From: Eledone cirrhosa | Lineage: Eukaryota | Assembly: GCA_964016885.1 (NCBI GenBank) | Contig: OZ024740.1 | Coordinates: 291,214,001 to 291,278,000, forward strand | Direction of reading: 5' to 3' | DNA length: 64,000 nucleotides | Position numbers and translations under genes: made by a program | Shown here: positions 48,441-61,370 of the stretch, piece after piece | Layout of the letters: each line of letters starts with the position of its first letter | Numbering within the stretch: position 1 is the stretch's first letter | Notes under the pieces: generated by a model | The model's database searches: none | What the model saw: the letters and a program-made list of their open reading frames with translations, nothing else | What the model was told of the DNA's origin: nothing

Positions 48441-51400
48441 TCTCCCCTTGTAGTGCACCACTGTTAGTTTGGGGTTGCTTATTTGTCCAGCAGTTGCCCA
48501 CTTATATCACAACTAGCCATCTTATCTGGTGGTCGTATCACTATCCACCACCTGCAACCCATTCTCTAGCAGAACAACTCTGCTTATGTAAATCACATCT
48601 TTTATATCAACACCATTTATATCAAAATAATATAAATGAGAACTTTCCCACATATTTATTATTGAAAGCACTATTTCTGTGTTATTTTGCTGACAATATG
48701 AATAAGAATGATTACATATTAGAAACAATAAAGAACATGTTTGTCATTGTTGTTTATCCTGAGGTCATCTTTGATTGTACAGATATATCATCAAAGGCTT
48801 TCTGTGTTTATCCAGTGAATTTGTCAATTGAACAATAAACAGTGTGAGTTTGTGATGGCATGTATAAAAGAGAGAGAGAGAGAGAGGGGGGGGGGAGAGA
48901 GAGAGAAGCTAAAAATGTGAGTGAGGGAAATATAACAGGTTACCATAACAACTGATCTGGGATCAGATCAGCTGTGGTTGGGTGGGGTGTTCATTGGATA
49001 ATGCCAGGCAGTTACCACCAGTTGTTGCTACAAAAAAAAAAAAAAATGAGGCCACTATCTGCTTGGTCTCTGCTTTATAGGTGAGAGGTGATCTCTGCTG
49101 GGTTTAGTTTGGGTGTGATTTATGATTGAAAAAGATTTATTTGGATGAGATGACCAAAAATGGTTGTTGTTTTGATGGAAATAACAAGATAGCTATAATG
49201 ATTTCACTACATGGTCATGACCAGCCTTTCTTTTTGTGTATATAAAACTACATGATTCAATATATCCTTTCTATTTTAAGATGGTTGGGTGTAATTTGAT
49301 GTAGATTTCTGGTTGGTCTAGTAACCATGTAGATACTCTTTTATTGGCTCAATCTCTTGATAGTATAAATTATTGATTAGTTGCTATCATTTGTCCATCA
49401 TCATCATCATTTAGCGTTTTCTTTGCTAGCAAGGGTTGGATAGGTCACCTCAGACCATGTCATTACTTATACAGATATAAGGATATAACTTTAACTTTAT
49501 CATACACTTCAGCTGCTAGCACTCTTCTTACAAAATATCTTAATTAATCACCATATGTATCCTCCTCATCATTTAACATCTGTTTTCCCTGCTAGCAAGG
49601 GTTGGACTGTTCATGACAGACCAAAACAATACTTAATCAGAGCCATTGTTCCCCTCAGATGGGCTGGGAGCCACATTTTGCTGACATATGTTCTGCCACA
49701 ACAGGATACAATGAATGTATTTTATCAAGACACCAGCACTAAGGAGGTTCTCATATCTTTGATACAACTGAAGAGTCTTCTCAACCCTTCATTTGACAAG
49801 TTTTTTTAATAGCTGGATGCCCTTCCTATTGCCATGTATAGAGTGAGTTTTATTGTTTATAAAGAGGTTGTTGTGTCCTTAACACAATAGAAAAGTGCTC
49901 TCAATTGTTTGTTTGTCAAGTTTTCTTTAGCTGAAGGCTGGCTTGAGAAAATAAGTGTCAGTACAAAGTTCTGTAGTCAATATAACCACCTAAAACTCTT
50001 CAAAACCCTGAAAACATAGCCCCAGCATGGCCACAATCCAAAGACTGAAACCAATAAAAGAATTACAAAAATAAAGAAATGCAATGCTATAGATAATTTG
50101 TTGGAGACCAGTATATTTGATAGATTTCTTTGATCTTAGAATTTTATAACATCCATTATTGTTAAAACCTAGCAATAGGGTAAACAAATACATGAAACTA
50201 CAATCCAATATTCAATGAAACTGAATATTCACGACGTGTGAGCTAATATATCAATTCTCTCTATAAATATTTCACAGACAGGAAATAAATAATTATTCTG
50301 ACTTACTAACACTAAGGGTCTGTCATTTTGATCTGAACATAAGAGCAAGGACATGTTTACAAAGGCACAGTATTGGCATGTTTACAAACCATTTCTCTTC
50401 CACTCTATTATTCTGTAGCTCTATTGCTTTCAAACCTTCTCCCCAATGTCATTCCACTTAGAGTAGATATTTATTCAGATTTTTGCTCTGTGAATTACAA
50501 GCTTTTCATTAACACCACAAGTTCCTTATCCATTATTATTTTGTTTTTATGTAAAATTTGCTTCCATTTTTAGAATTTCTTTCCTTTTCTTTTTTCTAAT
50601 CTATTTCAGTAATGTGATGGTTCAAGACTCTAAATTTTAACAATAATTTTGCATGGTGATTACTACAAAATACTTTTTGACTTACAATTACAATCTCATT
50701 TTCAAATAATTCATAACTTTGTTATACAGAAGTTACACAAAAATAAGAAGAAGTGTAGTCAGGGGCCTTATATAAAGAATGTGTTATTTTCACTTTGTGT
50801 GAAAATAATGACATATAATACATATAAATAAGAGAAAACATACAATAAATAAAACAAGGTCTTATTTAGAAAGAAGTCCATTCAAAAACATTTAGGTTTT
50901 TCACTCTCCCATGATTGACAACCTATTTACTGCTCAGGTAGGTTAGAAAACTCCCATTTACTATTTGTACAAGAGATTTGTATTCCTAAAAATGCTCATT
51001 GACATTCTTTGCACGTAGGGTTGGATTAGGTCCTTTCAAGGCCCTAAATACTTGATAGATTATGGTGTCTCCCCTATAAAGTCTGTAGCATTCCTTTTCC
51101 CTTGATAACCTAAGCATGTTCTTATTTTGCTTAACAGTTAATCCATCCCTATTTACATGGATTAAGTAATAAAGGTTCCTATATTCTTAAGATATTGTTT
51201 CTTTAGCTTGCAATAATAACCAAGTATTGTTTTTAACAGAAGTCTTGTCATTTAAGGTCTTCCTGTTTTCTCTTCAGTTACTAGGACAGCTCAACAATAC
51301 CCTGTGCAGCACATCATTATTATTTTGTTTATCATGGGTTTGTTAATTTTTCGAAGTATTATAAATTTCATGACATCTTCATCTTCATTGTTGTATTCTA

Positions 51401-51953
51401 TCCATTTTTAAGTTAGGCTTGTCTTTTCTCCTCTGTTGGTTTCCCTTCTTCCTTTTCTGTTAGCACATTTGTAATTCCGTTGGTTGTGGAATATGCAAAT
51501 TGACATACACAGTCTGACAACTCAATACAGGCATCAATAGTGTTTATCTTTTAAGACTGACTATTTTATCTTTTATAATTAACTCTTAACATCCTGTAAT
51601 AATTTAATAGAAAATATTTAAAAACAGGTTTGTTAATTTATGTTTATAGTATCTTTACTAGTGGACAGATTGTTGTGAAAATTTGTAGTATTATCTCTTA
51701 ACATCCTGTAATGATTTAGTAGAAAATATCTAAAAAATGTTTTTTTTTAATTCAAATATTCATAATACTAGTGGACAGAGCTTTGTGAAAATTTGCAGTA
51801 AACTTAAGTAAAGAATTTAATTTTTAATGTGATACAGCCATAGTGCTATTTTATATTTTTCAAGAATGTCTTACTAATGAGATTTCATGTGGTGCAGGAC
51901 CTTAAGAGTTAAAGTGAAAAATAAAGTAACCCCATTTCCATTTGTATTCACAG

Positions 51954-52025
51954 GCACAAAACCACAGAGCAAATGTTTATTTGAATTCAACTAGACTTGA
52001 ACCATTTCAGAAATACAAAATAGTG
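51954..52025 (+). CDS. FN3-like gene exon (AQNHRANVYLNSTRLEPFQKYKIV; phase 0 to 0)
   Basis: Acceptor ttgtattcacag and donor gtaaga. Contains the FN3 L-x-P-x-x-x-Y-x-I-x-V signature and a sequon NST. Confidence 0.75.
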
Positions 52026-53078
52026 GTAAGATGATTTTTATATATACTGTTGCATTCAAAAGAAAATATTAAAAAAACATATTGTCTGTATATTCCAGTG
52101 ATACACAATGTGGTCCAAAGTATTGTTGGTCCACAGCAAGTTTTATGCCCTATTATTTTTCACATAAGGGTGGATTGGCATATAGTTACAACTCTTTATG
52201 TTAGCTTTGCCTTTCACCCTTACCAGGTCAATAAAATAAAGCACTAATAATGCACTGGGGTCAATTTAATCAATTTTCCCCTCCCCAAAATTGTTGACCT
52301 TGTGTTTAAGTCAGAAGCTATTATTTTACACAATGTAATTAATCCTTTTGATACAAACCTGTCTGAAACTGCTCTTGGTTCTATGGTACTAAGCTGTCTA
52401 TATTAAAGTGACTTGAGTACTTCTATTCCCTCCTGAACTAAACATGCATTTAATTTTTAATGCGATGCAGTCATGGTGCTGTTTTATACTTTCAAGAATA
52501 ACTTGCTAATGTGGTTTCATGTGTGGTACAGGACATTAAAAGTTAAAGTTAAAAATCAAGTAACATTTTTTTGTTTATCTAAAAACCTTCCAATATAAGC
52601 AAAACTCTTCCTTTCACATTGCTCTGGTTCATTCAGCTGAAAATGGGTACCAGTAGTAGCTAGTGGTTAACTCTGTGATGGACTGGCATCCTGTCCAAAG
52701 ATGAGGGTGTCTGTTACACTCAGTTGCTTAATGTCAATGAAACTGGGATAATCACTGGCCTGGTGACTTCAAAGATTTTTTAACTCATTAAATATTATGT
52801 GTTGAATAGATAGAGTTGTTAGGACACCAGATTAAACACCTTTTGATATTTATTCAAGCTCTCTGTACTCTGAGTTCAAATCTTGTCGAGGTCAGCTTTA
52901 CCTTTCATCCTTTCAGGCTCAATAAATAAAGTACTAGTTCAGGCTGGTTGATTCGAGTAATTGCTAACACATTAGATAGGATACCTTGTTCTATCAGTCT
53001 GGTTCTGTGCATTTTAAGCTCAAATCCTGCCTCCTGCCACAGGAAAATGGTAACATGATAAGACTAGGGCCTCTAACA

Positions 53079-53304
53079 TTAACCCGTTAGCATTTACATT
53101 ACTCTATATTTACTATTGTATTTTCACAGTGAAGTCTTTATCTCACATAATTATCTCACATAATATCAAATCTATGAGATTTTGATATTTATTTTGAGAA
53201 CAATACCTTAATATAAGTATGAGCAGCCAGTTATGACCAGTTTGAACAGAAAGATGTGAGAGAATTCTGGCTGGATATGGCTGGTTTAAATGCTAAAGGG
53301 TTAA
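53079..53304. mobile_element. piggyBac-like MITE (TTAA-flanked)
   Basis: TTAA-CCCGTTAGCATTTA ... TAAATGCTAAAGGG-TTAA, a copy of 17896-18094. Confidence 0.75.
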
Positions 53305-53427
53305 ATCAGACAACAAAGCTTCAATAAAAAGTAACCTTATAGGAAGCTAGCCAAACCTATCAAGGTTGAGCTATATCAACAAAAACAACAATAATTAAAT
53401 ATTATTGTTTCTTTTTTATCTTTGTAG

Positions 53428-53488
53428 GTACTTTTAGGTGAAGGTTTTCCATCCGGAGATCGTTATGCTTTTGAAACACCCATCCAAA
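53428..53488 (+). CDS. FN3-like gene exon (VLLGEGFPSGDRYAFETPIQ; phase 0 to 1)
   Basis: Acceptor ttttttatctttgtag and donor gtaagt. Phases fit both neighbouring exons. Confidence 0.75.
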
Positions 53489-55364
53489 GTAAGTGGCGTT
53501 TTCTTAACACAAATATTTTATAAGACATATTTTTAAATGATTGTATTTTGGTAGATTTATTAAAGCTGTAATGGATAAATGTATTCTTTTGTGGATGAAT
53601 GATAAAAAGAATAATGCCAGAATTGTGATGTTAATGTTTATTTTACAATAACAATATTCACTTTGAATATCGAGTAATAATATTTATGACAGGATTTATC
53701 ACTACATTATTTGCTGGCTAGCTACTTTGAGTTAGTGTGTATGCATGTATCAATACGATGATACAATATGACAGAGAGAGGGAAGAATAGATGAAGTGTA
53801 GAAGTAAACAATATGAAACTTACTATGTGTGTGTGTGTGTCTACTCTTAGTATACGTTATTCGTCTCAAGGACTGCTGCTTCATGGTCTCTTGTCTGTTG
53901 GCGTAGTCCGTGGCCGAGAAGGTGAGAGCCAGTAAGGCCAGGAGAGAGAGATAGAGTAAATGTGAAATGGCTACATCATTGTTCTCTCAAGGACTGCGTG
54001 CTTCGGTCTGGTGCTGAGTTCCCCAAGTCCTTGTATTTATAATAATGCTATAGCTAGAAGGATGTGTATATGGGGTTGATTTATGATCAGCCATGTGGAT
54101 ATCGTCTCTCAGGAAACTGGGGTCACAGGTCAAGTGGTATGTACGTTTATCATCCTGGTCTCTTGACAAGACAATGGTGAGAACCTCCCAATAATGGATA
54201 GTCCCAGAGGCGAGAACTCTTCGATTCGGTTTTGAATCTTCACCGGTAAAACATAAGAGTATTCCGTTACAAAGCCATTAACAACATAGATATACTGTTC
54301 ATTGAAGAGGAGAGTGGTAGTTGAGAGAGATGATGCCCTCTAGCAAATTTGGTATGTGTAAAAGGTCCTTGAAATTCTGCCTGGAGATTGTAGGCATGAG
54401 GGAGTAACTGCTTGGAATACAAAGTAGTCAGGTCTCTTATTGTGATCTGTTCCTCTATAGGTAGTGCTTCCCATATCTTTGTGGCCGTCTTTATTTCTTT
54501 CATCATCATCATCATCATCATCATCATTTTATGCCTGTTTCTCACACTGGCATGGGTTGGATGGATTGTTACTGTCTGAGATCAGATAGTTTGAAACAAC
54601 CTCATTTTCCTCATACATTCCCTATTTGGCATGGTTTTCACACTTCTCAACACCATCTATCTTACAGGGTGTACTGGGTGTTTTTTTCTTTTTGTGACAC
54701 CTGCACCACTACCTTACAGAGTGAACTGGGTGCATTTTATTGTGGTGCCAACAATAACACTTTATATGGTGTACTGAGTGCATTTTATGATGGCACCAGC
54801 ACTAGAGATGTCACATGCTCACTCTAACTAAAGAATCTTCTAAAACCCTATATTGTCACCATTTGATCACAAACACTGTAGCCTATTGTCTGTCACTCCA
54901 TTTGCTTTTAGTATCCCAGTGCTTGTATATTTACAATTTGTTGTTATTTTTTAAGTTTGCAATCACGTATTGAGAAGATCGACAAGTTTTAAAGTTATAT
55001 TAGGTTTTCACACTCCATGTTTTTGAATATGTACACTCCTTTGTAACCAGGATAGGAGATGAGTTCTGCCTGGTTTTAAAATGCCCTAGAAATGCTGTAT
55101 GTCAATACAACTCCCTCAGGAATTACGGGGCCTTCCATCATCCATTCAGCCTTTGTATATAACATATTTGTATTATAATAGTAGGCCACTGTGGTTAATA
55201 AAGTAACCATTATCATTATAATTGTTACTGTTATGTTTTCACTCCAAATCCCATTGAAGTCAAATCTGCTTTTCATCTTTACTGAGATTTGTATAATCAA
55301 CTGTCTTCTTCTTTCCTGAAATAAATATTAACAAATGAGATTGAGTGAAAGGTGAAAGAGGGAT

Positions 55365-55732
55365 GAAAAGAGGAAATGAATGATGTTGGATGTGTATCGT
55401 AATTGTGAGAGAAAGGAAGAGCTTGGATGAACTGAGGGAGAAACTGGGTTTAAGAGGAATCCAAGGTGGTGTGCAGGAGAGAAGACTGCATTGGTATGGA
55501 CATATGATGTGCATGAATGATGGTTGATGTGTGGAGAAGTGCCAAGAAATGCCAGTGGAGGGAAGCTGCAGTAGAGGTAGACCAAGAAATACCTGGGCAG
55601 AGGTGGTTAGAGATGACTTCAAATCGCTTAAACTCACAGAGGAGATCACAAAGAAATGAAGCGGATGAAGAGATGTTGAGCTGAGACGGACCTGTCCAAC
55701 CCATGCAAGTGTGGAAAAAAGAATGTAAAAAC

Positions 55733-55771
<39 letters not shown>

Positions 55772-55772
55772 A
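55365..55772 (+). mobile_element. Diverged RTE-related 3' end with (GAT)n tail
   Basis: Remnant LREKLGLRGI..VQERRLHWYGH..GRPRNTW. A similar fragment lies at ~58220-58395. Confidence 0.75.
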
Positions 55773-55945
55773 ATGTTTGGTAGTAATTATAGCAAAATTT
55801 CACATATATTACAAAAGTCAACCTAATCTTGTATGAAAGTAAATGGATCTTTTTTTTTCTAGTTTTGCTTATTAAGTTTTTGAACTTGATAAACAAACAC
55901 AACTCCAAAATATGCAATATTTATTTTTCTCTTTTTCTCCTGAAG

Positions 55946-56091
55946 GATTTTCAATCGAGTGTAACAGAATGAATAACATTATAAAAATTAGTTTTACACA
56001 TCTTCATGAAGGGACAAAAAGTTACAAAGTATTTATAACACACTACAAAGATCCTAATTTCAAAATATTATGTAACAGATCAGTAGACTTG
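55946..56091 (+). CDS. FN3-like gene exon (RFSIECNRMNNIIKISFTHLHEGTKSYKVFITHYKDPNFKILCNRSVDL; phase 1 to 0)
   Basis: Polypyrimidine tract ending in aag, donor gtaagt, beta-strand pattern IKISF...SYKVFI and a sequon NRS. Confidence 0.75.
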
Positions 56092-56109
56092 GTAAGTATG
56101 AGAATTTTA

Positions 56110-56300
56110 TGAGGTTTTTTTTTTTTCTGTAAGTACAAAGATGGTATAATACAGAGGTGACAGGATTTTTTCTCTAAACACAAAGATGGTATAATGCAGA
56201 GGTGACAGGGTTTTTTTCTCTAAGTACAAAGATATTATTGTATAGAAGTGACTGGGTTTTTTCTCTAAGTACAAAGATGGTATTATATAGAGGTGACAGT
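56110..56300. repeat. ~45-bp imperfect tandem repeat, ~4 copies
   Basis: Unit TTTTTTCTCTAAGTACAAAGATGGTATAAT..AGAGGTGACAGG. Confidence 0.75.
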
Positions 56301-57320
56301 TCATTGAATGTGTCTCACTGTATTACTAATGTTTAGTCATAGAGGGAAGGGTAGTCCTCAGGCTGGTGAGATTGATGTAGACAATACAATGCCTGAACAT
56401 CTGCAATATACTCCTCCTCCTCCTCTTCCTCATCATCCACCTCATCATCATTTTACATTTGCTTTCCATGTTGGCATGGGTTAAACAGTTGGGTTAAAGC
56501 GACATCATCTTGCCCATTATGTTCTATATTTGATATAGATTCCACAGTGGGATGACACTCTTCTTAACACCAACCACTTTACAGAATGTACCGAGTGCAT
56601 TTTTAGTTGCATCAGTATTATCAAGAATTTGGAAATATTTAGTGATATAACTAACTTTCTTATTATTAAGCCTGTCTCTGAAACATAACATAACAAAGGC
56701 TCTTAAATAAAATCATGATGGAAGTGCTTTAAGATAAATATAAATTCTTTAAAATAAACAGTTTTATATCATAAAGCCAAGGGCAGTTTCAGGAGATTTG
56801 GTATCAAAAGAGTAAAATTTGTTGAGAATTTTTGAAATTTTACATAAACTCCTGATTTAGAAATAAAATTTCTCTTAATTTCCCAACAACCTCAGCCCCA
56901 CTTGTTGTTGTTGTTGTTGTTGTTGTTGGTGTTGTTGGTGTTGTTGTTGTTGTTGTTGTTGTTGTTGCTGCTGCTGCTGCTGCTGCTGTTGCTGTTAGAA
57001 AATAAATTGTAATCATTTAAATCTCACCTTGTAAGTATCCTATTGGTCCTATTCAATTGACTCCCTTAAGAGACAAAAGGCAAAAAAACTAACTCTGCAG
57101 AGGCTAACTCAGATATGGAAAGCATTGAACTTCATACTGCAAAGCAATTAGTTTGGCTCTTAACCATTGGTTCCATCTTTAAGGTAAAGTAAAGGGCCCT
57201 TAACTCAAACCTTATGGAGCCTATCCCATCTCTTTTTGCCAGAGAAAGAGACAGAGAAAGAATTGATTTCAGTACAGGACTGATTCTTTATTTATCAACC
57301 TCGAAACAGACAAAAAAAAA

Positions 57321-57351
<31 letters not shown>

Positions 57352-57521
57352 TGATGGTGGTGGTGGTGGTGACAATGTCAATGATGATGACAATGTCAAT
57401 GATGATGAAAAGATGAAAGGCAAAGTTGACATCATATTTGTGATGAGTCAGTTTTAACCTGACACCCAACAACTCCAATAATTCACCACCTTCTTCCATA
57501 TTTACCAACCTTCAAATACTG

Positions 57522-57725
57522 AAATTATAAATTGATAATTGTATTATTATAAATTGATAATTGTATTATTATAAATTGATAATTGCATTATTATAAATTG
57601 ATAATATTATTATTATAAATTGATAATTATATTATTATAAATTGATAATTATAATATTATAAATTGATAATTATATTATTATAAATTGATAATTATACTA
57701 TTATAAATTGATAATTGTATTATTT
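57522..57725. repeat. 22-bp AT-rich minisatellite, ~9 copies
   Basis: Unit ATTATAAATTGATAATTGTATT. Confidence 0.85.
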
Positions 57726-57781
57726 ATGTAAAAGTATGTTTATACTTTTTCTATTTTCCATCAACTTTTCTTTATTTCCAG

Positions 57782-57859
57782 AGACACCAAGTATCTAAAA
57801 AAATCGACGTTCAATTCAAGCTTGACTGTTTCCAATGTGGACAACGTTATTATGTTACT
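57782..57859 (+). CDS. FN3-like gene exon (RHQVSKKIDVQFKLDCFQCGQRYYVT; phase 0 to 0)
   Basis: Acceptor ttttctttatttccag, donor gtaaga and 26 open codons ending in G-x-x-Y-x-V, as in the FN3 F strand. Confidence 0.7.
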
Positions 57860-58919
57860 GTAAGATATTTGATTCATTTTTATTATGTTTATTATGCAAA
57901 TTAAATTGTTTAGATTAAGAATTAACCACAAACCAGACATATGAGGGAGGGACAAATCCATACTGGCACCATTTATCAGTGGACTCAGGCTCTGCTTAAA
58001 CTGGTTGGAATCTTATTTGGATTAAATTTCCAGGTGAATAAAAATTAGGGCAAGATGAGGATCAGGGTGGCCAATCTCATGCAGGAATGGGTGGTGTGGA
58101 AACTACTTTCAAAGTTATGCAGAGGAGGCAAATGTCTACATTGATTCAGTGTGTGTTGGTCCATTGAATATCTGTCCTAAACTAGATAACCCACTCCTTT
58201 TGATTTGGGGGAAATATAAACTGAGAGAAAAGCTGGGTTTAAGAGGAATCAGGTACAGTGTGCAGGAGAGAAGACTTTGCTGGTATGGACATGTGATGCA
58301 TATGGATGATGATCATTAGGGGAAGAAGAGCCAAGAACTCCTAGTGGAGGGAAGTTGCAGTAGAAAGAGATCAAGGAAAACCTGGGAAGAGGTTGCTTGC
58401 TTTCGTGTTCTTTTTACTGTTTTTTTTTTTCGCTCCGTTTTCGTTTAACATGACAAAACCCTGGATGGGGGATCACTCGGCTCGTCCGTCGATGAAGAGC
58501 GCGGCAAGATAAATAATGTTGAAAGGGCTGAAGGCCAGATCTTTTCTCTCTCTCAGAACTTTCATTGAATTTTCTAGATATCGCTTGAAGTAGCATGTGG
58601 TTCATCACTCTACCAATTCTTTCCATCCATACCTTCTTTACTTTTGGTTTTATAAAAGAAAAGCTGACAAAAGCAAACAGAGAAAACAAATGTATATATT
58701 TGTATAAAATAGAGCTATTTATTTGATCTATTATTTGATTTGAAACTATGTCAAATCTTCACAGAATTCGTGAAAATCTTATGGATAACAAATAATAATT
58801 ATGATAAATTAATGGAGTAAAAATTTGAATTACAGAACGTTTTTGTGTATATGAAATGAATTATTTAATTGGAAAATAAACATTGTGAGTTTGTGATAGA
58901 TGTAGAAAGTTGTGTAAAC

Positions 58920-59031
<112 letters not shown>

Positions 59032-60097
59032 TGAGCAAAGAAATTAGAGAGAGAGAGTAAGAAATACACATGATAGGAGTGGCTAATGACCTTTAGCCAG
59101 AGACCCAAACATTTTTATCAGAATCTGCCACCAACTGAGAGAGCTAGAGATAGTGACATTGTCTCTTATTTATGACCTCCAAATGTATGATAATTTGGTG
59201 GTGTTTGTGCCAAAACATTGAATACAAATATCCCAATGTACAAAATACGAACTTAGCTGTTGTTCTGGAAACAATAACAAACTGGTTATTTAGGATTTTG
59301 CTACATCCCATTCAGAGGAAACATTAAAATATCCAAATATTCGGCTGTTCTATATCAACTTCTTTTACCTTCTTTATCAGAATATATATTTTTATTTTAC
59401 CTTTCGTTTCAATGTTTATTGTATATTTAGGATAAGTAAATATACTTCCTTTTAAAATATTCGGGACAAGTAAATATAGGTTATTGCTCCAATGTTCTTG
59501 CTTGACTCTCTCCATATTGATATTTTCCTATCTTCTCATTCTTAATAAAAAAAATTAAAAAAATTCTGAATCCAATTTAAAGCGCCTATGTAGTCACTAG
59601 ACTTTCAATAAATAGCAGTGAAATAGAACCAAAACACAACCTCCCATTTTAAGAAAAAGGACACATGTAATCTGGGGTATATTGTTCCTTCTTGAGTGCA
59701 GTATTTCTGAGAAAAAAAAGGGATGGTCATGGCTTGAATGCCTTTGATCATGAGTTGGCACAATCTGAGTGGGCATTGGGCTAAACAATAACATTAACAA
59801 CTATCCGTGATAAGTAGTGACACTTATATCATTCTCCGGATATAGAAAGCTAGACTTAGTAATATAGAAATTTCAGCCGGATATTTACAATCTAAAAGCT
59901 TAGTTTCATGAAAACAGACAAACAGTTGGATTAATCCTTGACATTCTTCATCTCACTGCATTGTCCATTTGCAATTTTAATTAATTGAATGTATATTACA
60001 GAATGTACTGGATATATTTTATCTAGTGCTGGGACCACAACAAAATCTACCCTGTACATTTTGTAAGGGGGTTGACAAATAACTGTAAAGAATGTAT

Positions 60098-60445
60098 GGA
60101 GGCACATGGCTTAGTGGTTAGAGCATTGGCCTTGCATTCGAAAGGTTGTGAGTTCAATTCTCAGACAGGGTGATGTGTTGTTTCCTTGAGCAAGACACTT
60201 TATTTCACATTGCTCCAGTTTACTCAGCTGTAGAAATGAGATGATAGGACTGGGGTCCCTATCATTCCACTGCAAAGTGGTCATGGAGGTGCCATGGCAA
60301 AAAAGCACCCAGCACTCACTGTAAAATAAGGTTGGTGTTAGGAAGGGCATCCAGGTGTAGAAATCAAGCCAGAATCAGTTCCCGTCCCACCCTTGCAAGC
60401 AGGGAAAAAGTGAACGTAAAATGAAATGAAATGAATGAAAATGAA
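60098..60445 (+). mobile_element. SINE family B with an RTE-derived tail and (ATGAA)n end
   Basis: Close copy of 39880-40216. Confidence 0.85.
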
Positions 60446-60831
60446 TGTAGTGTCAAGAGAAACTCTTTAGAATTGCCTGTGTTATATCCTTATGGATAAA
60501 CGAATACACTGCAACAGTGTAATAATAATATAATCGAAACAAATGATAATAACCACACGTAACGAAGCAACAATCTTTTAAGAACCAACAATCCAACACG
60601 CTAACTCAAACTTGAACTTGAACTCCAACTTGGACTATCAACACATGAACTGTGGAACTAGTAACAACTTCGACTATCAACACATAATCTGTGGTACAAG
60701 TACCAACTTCCCTACTTACTCAGACCACTACTATTTATATGTAGTGGTCCAGCCCATTCTCGCCAGGGAGGGGGGTCTTATTCTCACACAACATCCTAGG
60801 ACATGACAATCTCTCTAGTTCTGGTGCTACA
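60446..60831 (-). mobile_element. Probable solo LTR (386 bp) inserted in the SINE tail
   Basis: TGTAG...CTACA termini, 5-bp direct repeat ATGAA at 60441-60445 and 60832-60836, and TATAAATA on the - strand near 60735. Confidence 0.6.
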
Positions 60832-61370
60832 ATGAAGTGGACCCTTAACACTCTGGAAAGTGAATGGCAAATGAGCAGAGACATTGCATTATCAAGAGCA
60901 ACCTCTTTAGTGTTTTTACTTCAGTAAAATGTGTTCTGTACAGTCTGTAAGTTGATTAGTGTTAGGAAAGGTAGGGCACCAAGAAAGGGAAATTATATAA
61001 AAATTAGAATGTACACGCTAGATATGCTCCACCCACCTATCTAGAAAGGCAGTTACTTCAAATAAGAAATTATTCAGACTGACTGACAATCCATCCAGGC
61101 CCATACCATGGAAAATCAGATGTAAAATGATGTTGATGAGACTTCAAAAGAAAATAAATTGCTATTTTCAGTTGTCTCCATGTCTTTGTTTGATTAAGAT
61201 AACCATTGATCAACAATGTTTAAAATGTTTACTACCGATATATTTCCCTCAAATCATACCCTACCACTTTAAAAAGAACGTATTGGCTGATGCCTAAACA
61301 AAAAGAAAGGCTAATCATTGATAGAATGCCATTGATCATAAGCCTGTATTTGATCAGAGATCTGTATTTG

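Noticed and set aside
50870-51540. Possible old retroelement coding remnant on the - strand
   Set aside because: Only a vague TGRP-like motif is visible; too degenerate to assign.
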